A stretch of DNA of 64,000 nt, taken from assembly GCF_018350175.1 (NCBI RefSeq), contig NC_058368.1, forward strand, positions 93,808,001 to 93,872,000, given 5' to 3'. Positions 1-13,378 of this stretch are shown here, in pieces. The number at the start of each line of letters is the position of its first letter. Within the stretch, counting starts at the first letter, position 1. The notes beneath the pieces were generated by a model. The model worked only from the letters and a program-made list of their open reading frames with translations, ran no database searches and was not told the DNA's origin. Made by a program: the position numbers and the translations under genes. The DNA comes from Felis catus. Taxonomy: Eukaryota.

Positions 1-77
1 AATGTGAAAGCAGAAAACAATAAAATTAAAATCAGAGAAATGATCTCAATGAATAAATTTATCAATTAAGAAGGGTA

Positions 78-210
78 GGGGCACCCGATGGCTCAGTCAG
101 TTAAGTGTCCAACTATTGATGGTTCGTGAGATCAAGCCCCGAGTTGGGCTCTGTGCTGGCAACGCAGAATGAAAGAAGGAATGAATGAATGAATGAACTT
201 TTAAAAAAAA
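78..210 (+). mobile_element. Can-SINE, internally deleted
   Basis: ggggcacccgatggctcagtcagttaag head; flanked by aagggta repeats. Confidence 0.8.
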
Positions 211-382
211 GGGTAAACTAAACTACTAGCTAACCTGATTTAAAAAAGCACAAATATACATACTATAAAATGCAAAGGAAAATTAAAAAAAAATCATAGA
301 TGACTATTTTGCTTAATTGTCTGCAAATAAATTTGAAAATCCAGATGAAATGAATAATTTTTCTAAGAAAATACAATTGATA

Positions 383-595
383 GGGGCACCGGGGTGGCTT
401 AGTTGGTTAAGCGTCTGACTTCAGCTCAGGTCATGATCTCACAGTTCATGAGTTCAAGCCCCGTGTTGGGCTCTGTGCTGACAGCTCAGAAGTCTAGAGC
501 CTGCTTCGGATTCTGTGTCTCCCTCTCTCTCTGCCCCTCCCCCGCTCACGCTCTGTCTCTCTCCCTCTCTCAAAAATAAACATTTAAAAAATTAA
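383..595 (+). mobile_element. Feline Can-SINE
   Basis: tRNA-like head with A/B boxes, (CT)n tract, A-tail, TSD aagaaaatacaatt. Confidence 0.95.
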
Positions 596-1030
596 GAAAA
601 TACAATTTAATAAAATTGGTAAAATAAAAATCTAAAAATTACCTATTAAAAACCTAAGAAAAAGGATAAAAATTGTTACAATGGTAGACTCCCAAAGAAC
701 ACCAGGCCCAGAGGACCTCACAGGCTGATCCAGAGGACTGGATCCTTAAGAAGAGTCCTCCTTATTCCAGAGGACTTCACAGGCTGATCTTAACCAAATC
801 TTAGGAACTAAATAGGCTCTAATGCTTTTCAAATTATTCCAGAACAGGGACAAAAGAGAAAAGCTTCACAATTCTGGTAGTAAAAGTGACATATGCTTAC
901 CAAAAACTGACAGGTAACATAAAGAAAATTACTGAAAAAAATCAATTATGAACATTGAACGCAAAAAACGTTCAGCAGTTTCAGAAACTGAATCCAGGGG
1001 CACCTTAGAAGAATTAAAGGGAAAACAGCT

Positions 1031-1067
1031 CCCCCCCTCCCCCCCCCCCCCCCCCCCCCCCGCCCCC
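1031..1067 (+). repeat. Poly-C tract
   Basis: Near-pure C run of about 37 nt. Confidence 0.95.
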
Positions 1068-1097
1068 GGGATTGCAAGAATGATTCAGGATCACTCA

Positions 1098-1902
1098 CTG
1101 TGTTAGGAAGCAGTTGGGTTTATTTGGTTGGCTCACTCAACATCTATTTTAGTCTCTTTTTGGAGTGCCATCCCATACTGCGGAGGCTGGTAAGCTCGGG
1201 AATCCTCATTTCCCAGAGTCCCTTGCAGCTAGGGTCCTCAATGTATGTTATGTTCGCCCATCAGAGGTACTTGTGTGAAACTCGATTTCAGAACTCAATT
1301 AAATAGGGAAAGAGGTGGTGCCTGAGGCACCCATTTTGCTGGAGTTGATTGTAGCAGACGTGGTGAAACAGTGGAGCTAACGGTCCAGCATCAGTTCATC
1401 AGTTTTGAGATCCAGAGGCGACAGATAATTCTGGCGGCAACGCCTCATTCCCAGATTACATTAAGACAGTGTGCTCCTGGGGGCGCCTGGATGGCTCAGC
1501 TGGTTAAGTGTCTAACTTCAGCTCAGGTCATGATCTCACAGTTTGTGAGTTCGAGCCCCGCGTCGGGCTCTGTGCTGACAGCTCAGAGCCTGGAGCCTGC
1601 TTTGGAATCTGTCTCCTCTTTCTGCCCCTCCCCCACTTGTGCTCTCTGTCTCTCAAATAAATAAATAAATAAATGAATAAATAAATGAAAAAAAAATTTT
1701 TTTAAATTATATTAAAAAAAAGACGGTGTGCTCCTGGAGCTAATGGATGGGAGCATGGCTTCCTGACCATGGTGGAGGGACCCCATCTCTTGGCATGGCT
1801 TTGGGAATTATTCTTAGAACCTGCTCCTCCTGCCCTCCCGATTTGTGAGCACTTGATTCCCTGTATTAAATCCCTATTTCCTGCAACTGAACTCAGGCTG
1901 AT
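1098..1902 (+). mobile_element. Ancient ERVL-type solo LTR (LTR33-like), split by a SINE
   Basis: Motif actgcggaggctggtaagct...catttcccagagtcccttgcagctaggg; the L1M sequence resumes after ~1903. Confidence 0.6.
1479..1719 (+). mobile_element. Feline Can-SINE
   Basis: Complete SINE; TSD aagac(a/g)gtgtgctcctgg. Confidence 0.95.
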
Positions 1903-2860
1903 AAAATAGATTAAAAGAGAAAAAAGAATTGTATGATTTTCTGCAAAGATGATGCAGTTGATAGATTTCAACATCCACATTTGATTTTTAAAAATCTTCC
2001 CGGGCACCCGGGTGGCTCAGTTAGCATACAACTCTTGATTTTGGCTCTGTTATGATCCCACGGTTTGTGAGTTCAAAGCCCACATTGGGCTCTGTGCTGG
2101 CAGTGCGGAGCCTGCTTGGAATTCTCTTGCTCTCCCTCCCTCCCTTCCCCTCCCACACACACGCGTTCTCTCTCTTTCAAAATAATTAAATAAACTTAAA
2201 AAAAATTTCTTAAAACAGGAAAGATGAATCTTTTTAAAAGCCAGCAATATGTCTAATGAGGAAACACTGAAGCATTCCTGTGAAAATCAACAGCAAGGGG
2301 CATCTTGCTGGCTCAGCTGGTAGAGCACGTAACTCTTGTTCCTGGGGTCGTGAGTTCAAGCCCCACGTGGGGCATGGAGCCTACTTAGAAAAACAAAGTG
2401 GAAAAGATGTTTAATGTTAAAAAAAGAAAACAGCAAGACAATTATGTCTACAGTCTCCATTATTATTTAGCATAGTTCTGGACATTTAACCAACATAATC
2501 AGACAAGACAAAGGCACAGGGGGTATAACCATTAGAAGAGAGATACATTTATTACTATTTAGAGATCACTGTATACCTAGAAAACTCAAGAAACTCAATT
2601 ATAAATCTATTATAAACCATATGAGAACTTATGACCTGCAAGGATATAAAATTCATGTATGAAAATCAACTGATTTCACCTATACAAACAGTAACGACCA
2701 GTTAGCAAACATAAGGGATACATATCAGTTATACCTCAGTGAAGAAAGAAGAAAAAAAGAATGAAAGGCAGGAAGGAAATAAAGACCAAATAAAGACCCA
2801 GTGGAAATAAAGACCCAAATTACAAAAGCAAAAAATAAAATCCCTAAAAACAAACTGATA
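1903..2860 (+). mobile_element. Ancient L1M ORF2 fragment (continuation), containing SINEs at ~2001-2205 and ~2297-2425
   Basis: Degenerate RT-region sequence (gaaacactgaagcattcctg, attatttagcatagttctgga, tatacctagaaaactc); SINE heads at 2001 and 2297. Confidence 0.65.
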
Positions 2861-3124
2861 AAGACAATATTTTAAATGCTTTTGTTTTGCTCACATCTGA
2901 AGGAGAGTCGGCTTAGCTGAGAACTCTAGATAAAAGTAAAGTTCCCTCAGAACGCTGAAGATACTATTCTGTTGTCTCTTCTATCCAGTACTGCCACTGC
3001 GGAGCCCAATATTAATCTGATTCTTGTCTGCCTGCAGCTGATCTGCTCCTTCAGTTTGGAAGTGGTTTTGTGTTGTTATTGTTGTTGTTGCTGTTGTTTT
3101 GGGGTTTTTTTGTGGTTTTTTTTC

Positions 3125-3233
3125 CCCCAGGATTTTATTTTTAAGTAATCTCGGTACCCAGCATGGGACTGGAACTCACAACCCCCAAATCAAGAGTCAT
3201 TTGCTCCACCCACTGAGCCAACCAGGCACCCCA
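3125..3233 (-). mobile_element. Short older Can-SINE
   Basis: ttttaagtaatctc...ctgagccaaccaggcacccc. Confidence 0.85.
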
Positions 3234-3959
3234 GGAAGCTCTTTTGAAAAGCAAACACAAAAGCAAATCTTCTAGCTATTAATTGCCAGAGGGTTGAGCA
3301 GGGCTGAAAGCCTGCCACATCCAGTAGAACATTACCGTTCTCTCCACCACATCTCCTACCACAATGCCTACTTGCTGTGGCTCACACAATGCCAAAAATC
3401 TAAGCAAAATCAGTCTTCAACCAATTCAGCTCAAATTCTTCAATGATTTCCTACTCAAAGAATTTGACCACCTCACCTTTCCAAGTACATAAAACTGCAT
3501 TTCAGTTTTTAACCACCAGATGTCACCTGAGAAACAGCAAGCAAGAGTCTATATTTGAATCTTCGCAGAAGAAAAATATCGTTATCTTTTATGCATGAAA
3601 ATTAGAATGTTCTTGGTAGGATATATCAGCAAGAGGGGTAGGAAGGTGCATACTAGTTGAAATGTGGCAGATAAATAAAAATATTTACGTGTATTTAGAT
3701 TCTCAAATAGAGTCAACTGACGATATCAGTTTTCCAAATGTTATACTAACACTAAGAGCTCTTTTTAGCGGAAGTCATTGGAATAGTTTTTAATGCTACC
3801 AATTTCTAATATCTATTGGTATGAAAAAAAAACCCAAAACTTACTTACTTACACCAGAAGGTAAACCAAAATAATAGAGATGAGTAACTTTGAAGTTCAT
3901 GAACTAATTTTTATCAACAACCCCATTCCCTCTTCTGTAATCTATTATTTTCTTATGTG

Positions 3960-4836
3960 TGTGACCAGACTCCTTCAATGACCTATAAAACCCTGCATGA
4001 TCTCGCCCCGACCACCTTTCCTGCTTCCCTCTCCCTCCTTCCTGGCTCTCCCCAGCTGCCCTGGGCTTCTTACAAATCCAGGAATGTGGCAGTGTCCCTT
4101 TGCATATGTTAGGGGTTCTGTCTGGAATGAGCCTCCAACCCTCTTTTATCTTATGAGTCATGAGCCTCCAGGACATAGTTTGAATGCCAGCTCCCAAGGA
4201 AGCCTTTCTTGGCCACGGTCAGTGCTGTCTAGATTTGGATTCCTTCCAATCTGCCTTTCCTTCATAATAGTTGACACCATCTGTTATTATCTACTTGTGT
4301 GGTGATTTGATCTAGATGAGAACCACCTCCATGGGGCACCCTTGTATCTCTGCCATCTAGGCCACAGTAGAGTTTCAATTTTTTTTCTAGTTTATTTATT
4401 TTGAGAGAGAGCGTGCAAGCCTGAGCGGGGGAAGGGGAGAGAAAGAGGGAGAGAGAGAAAATCCCAAGTAGGTCCTGTGCTGTCAGTGCAGAGTCCGACT
4501 CAGGGCTCGACCTCACAAACCTCCAGATCATGACCTGAGAGGAAACCAGGAGTTGGACGCTCGACCAACTGAGCCACTGAGACACCTTAAATTTTTTTGT
4601 AAAGTGTGTTTTTTTTAGTTTATCTAGGCCACAGTAGAGTTTACTCAATAGCACTTAATAAATATTTGTTGAAAGAATTATTGAATACAGGTTACAATGT
4701 TTGTGCACATCTCCCATTAGAATGCAATCTTCATGGAGGATGATCTTTGTTCTGTCCACTCTTGCAACCCTATGCCTAGAAGAGGCCCACTGTAGGCATT
4801 AATGTTGTTAAATGGATCCTTGAACAAATGAATGAG
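3960..4836 (+). mobile_element. L2 3' fragments
   Basis: L2 3'-end motifs gcacttaataaatatttgttgaa and aatgaatga. Confidence 0.6.
4378..4587 (-). mobile_element. Feline Can-SINE
   Basis: Reverse-complement SINE; 21-bp direct repeat atctaggccacagtagagttt at 4355 and 4622. Confidence 0.9.
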
Positions 4837-4877
4837 TATACATGGTTGACAAACAGTCTGGCCAGCTATGAGGCAAA

Positions 4878-4894
4878 TTTGTTTTTAATTCTTT

Positions 4895-4945
<51 letters not shown>

Positions 4946-5123
4946 TGTGTGCACGAGTGGGCAAAGGGCGGAGAGAGAGAGAGGGAGAGAGAATCCCAAG
5001 CAGGGTCAGCTGCCAGCACAGAGCCTGACTTCGCGCTTGACTTGATCTCACAAACTGCAAGATCGTGACCTGAGCCGAAGTCAAGAGTCGGCTGCTTAAC
5101 CGACTGAGCCACCCAGGTGCCCC
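4878..5123 (-). mobile_element. Feline Can-SINE with expanded (GA)n
   Basis: TSD ctatgaggcaaat; (GA)n at ~4897-4940. Confidence 0.95.
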
Positions 5124-5439
5124 ATCTATGAGGCAAATCTTAAGTGAAATAACATTTTTTTTTTAAGTAGAAATTTAGTTTCTTATCACCTTCATTTGCT
5201 GACTCAAAAACCAACCAAACATGGACGCTAAACCCTTTCCTAGGGTTTTCTTCCTTCCTAGGGAGATCACAAGGATTTTTCACTAGGACCATGCAGTGCA
5301 GTTATGACTGATTCACAGCTGGGTGGAAGGCTGGAGAAGCTCTTCCACGTGACGAAGGGCTTGCAAAGGGGATTTTTCTGGGTGCTGCCACAAGCTAGCT
5401 CAGAGACTCTGATTGGAAATACTCAATTATTCCATAAAT

Positions 5440-6140
5440 ATTATTCATTCATTCAGTAGCGTTTTACAGAATAACCATTATGTGTCTGTGACACTGCTTG
5501 AAGCTAGGGCTATAAAGCCAAATGAGACATGGTCCTGGCCCTCAAGAAGCTTGTCATCTTTTAGGGAAGACAGACCAATAGACTCATCGCTGAAGTCCAG
5601 TGTGGCCCACATAAATATTCTGCACGGTGTATCAGTAGAATACACAGCTCAAATTAATTTGAATTGTGGTCAGGGGTCTTCGGGAGAGCTTCCTTAAGAA
5701 GGAGACACCCAAGCTTAGTTTTCAAGGATAAGAAGACTTCAGTTACAGAAAGAAGAGCAGGGCCCCCAGATGGCTCAGTTGGTTAAGCATCTCACTTCAG
5801 GTCAGGTCATGATCTTGCAGTTCATGAGTTTGAGCCCTGTATCAGGCTCTCTGCTATCAGCATGGAGCCCGCTTCAGATCCTCTCTTCCCCTTTGTCTCC
5901 GCCCCTCCCTTGCTTTTGCACTCTCTTTCTCTCAAAAATAAACGTGAAAGAAAGAAAGAAAGAAAGAAGAAAGAAAGAAAGAAAAGAAAGAAGCACCACT
6001 TTCTAGAAAACAACTTGCAGAAGGGCACAGAGCACTGGGGCACAAGGGCTGGTTTAGAGGACTTAAAAAAAGTCAGCATGGCTCTAACAAAGCATGGGGC
6101 TGTTTCAACCAGAAGCTAGGAGACTCTCAGTGACCCTGAA
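5440..6140 (-). mobile_element. L2 fragment containing a + strand SINE at ~5761-5985
   Basis: ttcattcattcag start; SINE with (GAAA)n tail. Confidence 0.6.
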
Positions 6141-6779
6141 AGAGTTGGCAAGCTGATTCCTCCACCCCCACTCTCCCAGCCCAATCTCCCAATGAATAAT
6201 AATTCTCTTTTTGTACATAAGGCAACGATAAATCAGAGACAGAAGTCTTCAGCATGAGTGACAGCTGAAGCAAATACGGGTTGGTAAATCAGCATGAGTG
6301 TCTATTACTGGTTTTCTAGGGAAAATCACTGAAGCTGGTTATGGGAACCCGGCAAAGACGAGTGAGAAGACAGACGTTGCACCTGCAGTAAGCTGTGCTT
6401 ACAGAGTGGGTTCCCTGAGAAACCAGAGCCTAAGGGAAAAGCCTGTGCACTGGCCCCCTTGTAGGGAGGTGCAATCCCAGGGAAGCAAGGGTGAGGGAGA
6501 AGGGGGAATGAATCAGGGGCGAATGTGAGAGAGGCTGGAGTCAGCCTGTTATTGGTTGCAAGTAGTTACGACTCCATCTCATGGGACGTGTTCAGTAAGA
6601 CCAAACAAACTGCGGCATCTCAAGGCAGCCCCGCAGGAGAGAGGAAGGAAATCGATCTACCGGCTCGTTCCCATTCCCCACGTCCTGCTAGTAGAGAGCC
6701 TACCCTGTGGGTCATTAACCTCCCTGGAAAGACGTGCTTCAGCCTCTCCAGGCCCCTAGGGGAAGCCGAAGTGGGCATC

Positions 6780-7285
6780 CATCATGGTTTTTGGCCACCT
6801 GTTACTTTTGAGCCCTTTTTATATACGGAGGATGTGCCAGTTTCGGAGAGTTTGCTCTCCAAAGAAGTCAGAACGTCTCTTGACGTCTTAGATTTGAGGA
6901 TGGGGTGCTCCAGGTTCTGCCAGTTAGATCCACACCAGGGAGACCTCCATGCAGAAGGAAGTGAGGCACCTCACAGACGCCATCCTGACAGGTGAGGGGA
7001 GAGGAGGCCACGTCCAGGGACCACTGCCGGAGATTCTAGTGGTGGCCTCTAGAGTCCACCCCTGGGGGTGAGTGCTGGGCTGTCCAGGCCCCGGGAAAGT
7101 GGGGTACTTGGGGGAGCCATCCTGCTGTGTAACTTGCATGTGGCTCCCGGGCTCAGAGCATCCATGGTTGATTCAATGGCCCCCACCAAGAGTCTGACAA
7201 CTACTTTAAACATTTAATAAAATTCTTTTTCTGCTTAAACGAGTCAGAGTGGGTTTTGTTTCTGAAATCAAGAACCTTAAAAGAT
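6780..7285 (+). mobile_element. Ancient ERVL-type LTR fragment
   Basis: 3' end aataaaattctttttctgcttaaacgagtcagagtggg...aagaacc resembles ERVL LTR ends. Confidence 0.45.
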
Positions 7286-7334
7286 TCATGTCACCTAAAA
7301 ATAAACTTGAGGTTGTCTTCAAGTCATGACATAT

Positions 7335-7538
7335 TTTAGTTTAATGTTTATTCCATTTTTGAGAGACAGAGAGAGAAAGGGAATCAGTCAGGGAGGGACA
7401 TAGAGAGGGGGACAAAGTCTGAAGCAGGCTCATGTGTGGACAGCAGCCAGCCTGATGCAAGGTTCGAACTCACAAACCGTGAGAACATGACCTGAGCTGA
7501 AGTCAAACGCTCAACCAACTGAGCCACCCAGGCACCCC
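7335..7538 (-). mobile_element. Feline Can-SINE
   Basis: Reverse-complement SINE ending ccacccaggcacccc. Confidence 0.9.
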
Positions 7539-8466
7539 AGGTTGTGACATACTTCTACTCCTAGATCTGCTTGTTTGTGTGGAGCAGATCTCATTAATTT
7601 CCATTCTATACCCTATAATCATAGAATTCTGTGGTCCTAGAGACCATTGTATTTGATCACTCACCTTTGGCTTTGAGCAGATTTTCTTACCACACCCACT
7701 GAGAGAACCGAATTTCTCCTGGAACAAACAAGATAATTTATTCTAGCTGAAATGACTGTGCCCGTCATCCAATGCGTAGGGCTGAAAGGGCATTCTTGGG
7801 AAATTTTATTTATATGAGAGACAGGTGACAGGGCTGCAGGCCATAATGTAATTGAGTAAGACACTGCTGGTAGGAAAAAAACCACAAAAACAAAAAAACA
7901 GTGACCTATTAATCTGTAATTTTCCTGCTATATCTAGCGAAACCAGGTCACTGTTTCCAGCCCTAACTTTGTTCCCTGGTCTCTTAAGCATTGAGCTGTG
8001 TCACAAATTTCCTTTGGATAAGGTTGATGAGTAAACTGTGGGGAAAAAGGAAAATGTAAGGCAAAACCCACAGGGATCTTTGGAAAGCCTAACTCCTTAA
8101 AGTAACCACTTGTGTCCCAGCAGTATAGTACGAGGATCACAAATTATTAAAAGGGTTATGGTAATGTTCTTCCTTCTAGCTCATTAAGGAGAATGCGGTG
8201 ACATTTTCTTTTGATTAGGTGTAACTTCCCTCTTGAGAGGAAAGATTATCGTGGCCAGTGGGCACCAGCGTGATCTTATATTTAGAGCTATTTATTCCCC
8301 AAGGATGACTGAGTGAGTATGGGTGTTAAGTTGGGACGCGTATCAGAATCACCAAAGGATGCTATCACCACTCTCCTTCCCCGTGATTGTCCTATGCTAG
8401 GCTTTAGCTTAGAATGGCAAAGAAACAGAATGTTCTACTGGGTATAGGTCACACTACTCAGAAATA

Positions 8467-8980
8467 TTTTATTTTATTTTATTTTATTTTATTTTATTTT
8501 ATTTTAATGTTTTATTTATTTTTGAGAGAGTGCAAGTGGGGGTAGGGGCAGAGAGAAAAGGGGACAGAGGATCCAAAGCAGGCTCCGTGCTGACAGCCGC
8601 GAGCCTGATGTGGGGTTCAAACCCACGAACCGTGCGATCGTGACCTGAGCCAGAGTTGGACACACAACTGACTGAACCATCCAAAGCACCCTCTCAGAAA
8701 CACTTAAATACATCAGCTGCCAAAATGGCCCTGTGCAGTCCAGAGAACTCTGCCCCAAACAGAACACACAGACATATTTTTTCAATGTTTGTTTGTTTGT
8801 TTGTTTGTTTGAAGAGAGAGGGCGAGCAGAGGAGGGGCAGGGAGAGACAGAGAGAGAACCCCAAGCAGGCTCCACACTGTCAGCGCAGAGCCCGACTCAG
8901 GGCTCAAACTCACAAACCGTGAGATCATGACCTGAGCCAAAATCAAGAGTCAGATGCTTAACTGAGCCACCCAGGTGCCC
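8467..8980 (-). mobile_element. Two Can-SINEs (8467-8691 and 8775-8980)
   Basis: Two reverse-complement SINEs with (TTTTA)n and (TTTG)n tails; TSD cacagacatattt around the second. Confidence 0.9.
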
Positions 8981-9341
8981 CAACGCACAGACATATTTAA
9001 AACAAATAAACTAACCTGGTCGCATCAGGGGATGCAAACCAATTATTCTTACAGAAGTATGTTTAATAGTTTGGTAAGGAGGTACTTCTCTAAAGGAAAC
9101 CATTCTGTGATCACATTTCTGGGAATATTTCAGAATACTCTGGGTGGGCAAGCAAGGCAGCAAGGGTCAACCCTCAGCACGAGTAGTTCCCGTTCTCAAA
9201 CCTGCCAGTGAGGACACATCCTCCACCTCCACTGAGCCAGAGTAACTGAGGCATCAGCTGGAGACCAGGAGTGTACCAGTAACTCAGCATCCTTCGCAGA
9301 CAAGGAAATCTTCGGAGTGGATAAGAATGCACCCCATCCAC

Positions 9342-9560
9342 GGGGCGCCTGGGTGGCTCAGTCGGTTAAGTGTCCGACTTTGGCTCTGGTCATGATCCCG
9401 CAGGTTGTGAGTTTGAGCCCCGCGTCGGGCTCTGTGCTGACAGCTCAGAGCCTGGAGCCTGCTTCAGATTCTGTGTCTCCTTCTCTCTGCTCCTCCCCAA
9501 CTTGTGCTCTCTTTCTCTTTCTCTCAAAATTAAATAAACATTCAAAATATAATAATAAAA
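9342..9560 (+). mobile_element. Feline Can-SINE
   Basis: Complete head, body and tail. Confidence 0.95.
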
Positions 9561-9789
9561 CAGAGAAACAGCCAAATGAACCATAACACTCTCCTGATTC
9601 AGATTCAAGTTTATTGGACATTTCTCAACTGAGAGAGAGGCCCCAGGAAAGTGGTTGAGTGCTCGTGGACCCCAGAGTCAGGCCTGAACTTGCTGACCCA
9701 TTAGCCACGGCAACCTTGGGCAAATGGTTTAACTCTGTATCCCTAACTGTCTGGTCAGGTTGCTTGAAAGGTGTATTGTATTTATTTAT

Positions 9790-10090
9790 TAAAAGATTCT
9801 TACTGAAGTGTAACTGACACACAATAGCATATTAATTGCAGGCATGCATCATAATGATTCAGTAATTTCATACATTACAAAATGATCCCCGTGACAAGCG
9901 TGGTCACCATCTGTCACCATACAAAGTTATTACATTATTGACTATATTCCTGAGGCTGTACTTTTTATCCCCGTGATTTATTTATTTTATAACTGGAAGT
10001 TTGAACCTTTTAATCCCCTTCACTTACTTTGCCTGCTCCCCAAGCCCTCTCCATCTGGTAACCACTCGTTTGTTTACTGTATCTATGGTT
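9790..10090 (-). mobile_element. Old L1 3' end (L1MA9/L1_Carn-like) inside a MIR
   Basis: ccatctgtcaccatacaaagttatt...gactatattcc...ttttataactggaagtttg. Confidence 0.75.
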
Positions 10091-10564
10091 TAAGGGAGGT
10101 CACAGCTGTAAAGCCCATAGAGGGCCCGGCACCCAGCAGAGACCGAACCATCTGCAAACACAGCCTCTGAGTTTTCCTATACAGGTTGGGGCCCCTCTTC
10201 AGAGACCCATCAGGATGTGCTCTCTGTGGAGAAGAGCAAAATGCACCACTCCATGAAAGACTAATCTTTCTAATCCACCAAATACATAGAAAGCTATTTT
10301 ATTTGATAAACTCCATTTAGACGATACTTTTTGTTACGTGACGAGAACAAATGTCCCATATTTAATTTGCTCCAGTAAAATCTGAGTCCAATCCTCGTTC
10401 AGTGCAATAAAAATGTAATCCTCCTGGAAGACACGCTTCTCGTCTGCCCCACTTTGAAATTCTCATTCAAATCTGCCATTTATGTGAAATTCAGAATTCT
10501 CACTAGAATGAATATCCCCTAGGTCTGTCCAGATAGATGTTAAATAATTTATGTGAAGAGTTTA

Positions 10565-10756
10565 AAATTTTTTTTTAGTGTTTATTTCTTTTTGAGAGAT
10601 AGAGACAGAGAGCGATGGGGGGGCTCAGGCTCCAGGCTCTGAGCTGTCAGCACAGAGCCCGATGTGGGGCTCAGAACTCACAAACTGAGATCATGACCTG
10701 AGCCAAAACCGAGAGTCGGATACTTAACCGACTGAGCCACCCAGGGGCCCCGATTT

Positions 10757-10820
<64 letters not shown>

Positions 10821-11322
10821 TTTTAATGTTTATTTACTTTTGAGAGAGAACGTGAGCAGGGGAGGGGCAAAGAGAGGGAGACAAAGGATTCCAAGCAGGC
10901 TCTGAGCAGAGAGCCCAATATGGGGTTCAAACTCACAAACTGTGAGATCATGACCTGAGCTGGAACTGGATGCTTAACCAACCAAATAACTCAGGTGCCC
11001 TAAATCCATTTTCAATAAGACATCCATGTGCTGTTATCCAATGACCTGGACATGCTTGGTCCTCGGAGTGGATTCTGAAGGACCCGATGCCTGCTTTCAT
11101 GGCATCCCTAGTTCACTGGTGTAGGTAATTAAAGGGGCTGCTTAGATCTTTCATTCTGTGTGGAATGTCTGTCTAATTTTAGTACTAGAAAAAAGAACTC
11201 TGGGGGCGCCTGGCTGGCTCAGTCAGAACAGCGTGCAGTTCCTGATCTCAGGGTCGTGAGTTTGAGCTGCATGGCGGGTATAGAGATTACTTAAATAAAT
11301 AAAACTTAAAAAAAAAAAAAAA
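10565..11322. mobile_element. SINE cluster: 10565-10752(-), 10755-11000(-) with (TTTC)n tail, 11202-11322(+)
   Basis: Three SINE heads; (TTTC)n at ~10757-10820. Confidence 0.9.
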
Positions 11323-11939
11323 GACTCTAATAGAGGGATAATGACGTCATGTCTTTCCTATGCCAAGCCTAGTTTTACTTTTTGGGAAAATATTGAAGAT
11401 CTAGTCTCAGGTACACAGTTATTTTCATTAATGGGCTTTTATATGTTAATAACTTTTCATACATATATATATATATATGTTTTGTTTGTTTGTTTATGGA
11501 GCCATAAACAAAAAGTGATTTGTGTTCTCTTCTGAAAACAGAACTAGACTTTTGACCATGATCCCAGAGACACTGAAGGGAAAGATTACCTTGCAGGCAC
11601 TGAAGGGGACTCAGTGCTCAGGGGAGTTGCATCTGTCTGCTGGTTTACAGGCAGCTTGATGAAGATTAACAAGGTGGAGTGTAATTGCTGGTTAAAACAC
11701 ATTTCCACAGGCTTTCCAAGTCCATTGCCTAAATGGCAGAAGAGAGGATGTGTGTATCAGAGGAATGCATTTTGAAAGCACATTACAAATAGTTCTGTTC
11801 CACACAGTCTTTCTGTCCCCCTATGCCCTCCAACTACATACTGCTCCTGACCTAGATGAATGTTGCCTGAAGAGTTATTGTCTATGTCAGCCTTTTTTTT
11901 TTTTTTTTTTTTTTAAGTTGTGGGGCTAAAAACCTTGCC

Positions 11940-12510
11940 AGTTCATTCATTCATTCATTGAACAACTTTTTTTTTTCTTTTTCTTTTTTTTTTTCAGTAG
12001 GCACCATACCCAGCTTGGAGCCTCACACAGGGCTTGAACTCACGACCCTGAGATCAAGACCTGAGCTGAGATCTAGAGTACAATGCTTAACTGACTGAGC
12101 CACCCAGACACTCCCCCTACCAAAGGAAACAATTTCTTAAGTGCCTAAGAAAACAGGCCATGGTAAAGAACTTCATCAAAGAAATTATTTTTGCATCAGT
12201 GCTTAAAATGTCTCTTTCTCCACAGGAGCAGGAACCAGGGAGAAGACAGAGCAAAGCGAGGCAGGAGCAGGCTGGACAAGCCCTTGCAACCACAGAAGGC
12301 CTTTGTGGTCAGCCCAAGTGAGCAAGGGGGAGAGAGAGGGCAGACCGAGGTCAGAGGAGTAGATGCAACAGGATCATGGAACCTGGACCGGGTGCTAAGA
12401 TGAGAAGTCGAGGGACGATGCTGGTCAAGGGAGGGACATAACCTGACAGGTGTTTTCACAGATCACTCCGCGTGCCGTGTGACGAGTCGATCTTGTGACT
12501 GGGGCCGATA
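11940..12510 (-). mobile_element. L2 fragment containing a SINE at ~11970-12116(-)
   Basis: ttcattcattcattcattgaacaa start; SINE body. Confidence 0.6.
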
Positions 12511-12978
12511 CAAACTAATCCAGGAGTTCTACCTGGGCCAGTGGCAGGATTATTATTTTCGTCTTCCACTTGTTGCAAATCCAGATTAGTGTATGATCCC
12601 TCCCCTTGGTTCTACCTCAGCTGTTTCCTCCAGAAACAGCAGGCCCTTTTAGGTAATGACACTTCCCCTCCCCAGAGAACATGACCATAATGACCTAGCA
12701 TGGGAGGGGAGGGGGGCGAAACAGCCCATCCTCTCATGATCTCTTAGCAAACGCATGGGTTGGCATGACCCGGAAAAGTCATGTGGCAACTATGCCCCAA
12801 ACCAAGATTTTTTGACCAAAAAAAACAAACAAAAAAAACCCCAAAAAACCCAACCCAAAGATTAAAGTGACTATAGTTTTTTCTCTGTAAGGAGAAGCCT
12901 GTTTTACCAGGTTACTGCCTTCATAACACAGGCCTAAGTTACAGCCAACTGTATGGGTTTTCTAGGTGAATTATGATT

Positions 12979-13378
12979 GGGGCACCTTGGTAGCTCAGTC
13001 GGTGGAGTGTCCGACTTCAGCTCAGGTCATGATCTCACAGTTTGTGGGTTTGAGCCCCGCGTCAGGCTCTGTGCTGACAGCTCAGAGCCTGGAGCCTTCT
13101 TCCAATTCTGTGCCTCCCTCTCTCTCTGCCCCTCCTCTGCTTGTGCTCTGTCTCTCTCTCTCTCAAAAATAAACATTAGGGGCGCCTGGGTGGCTCAGTC
13201 AGTTAAGCGTCTGACTTCGGCTCAGGTCGTGATCTCACAGTTTGTGGGTTTGAGCCCCACGTCAGGCTCTGTGCTGACAGCTCAGAGGCTGGAGCCTGCT
13301 TCGGATTCTGTGTCTCCCTCTCTCTCTGCCCCTCCCCTGCTTGGGCTCTGTCTCTTTCTCTCAAAAATAAATAACTAA
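12979..13378 (+). mobile_element. Head-to-tail Can-SINE dimer
   Basis: Heads at 12979 and 13179; a single outer TSD aattatgattg. Confidence 0.95.

Larger units (their letters stand above)
1..1090 (+). mobile_element. Ancient L1M ORF2 fragment, interrupted by two SINEs
   Basis: Degenerate matches to L1 ORF2 segments: tgcaaataaatttgaaaatccagatgaaatg (ANKFENLDEM-like), ccaggcccagagg (PGPDG-like), gggattgcaagaatgattca (GMQGWFN-like). Confidence 0.75.
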
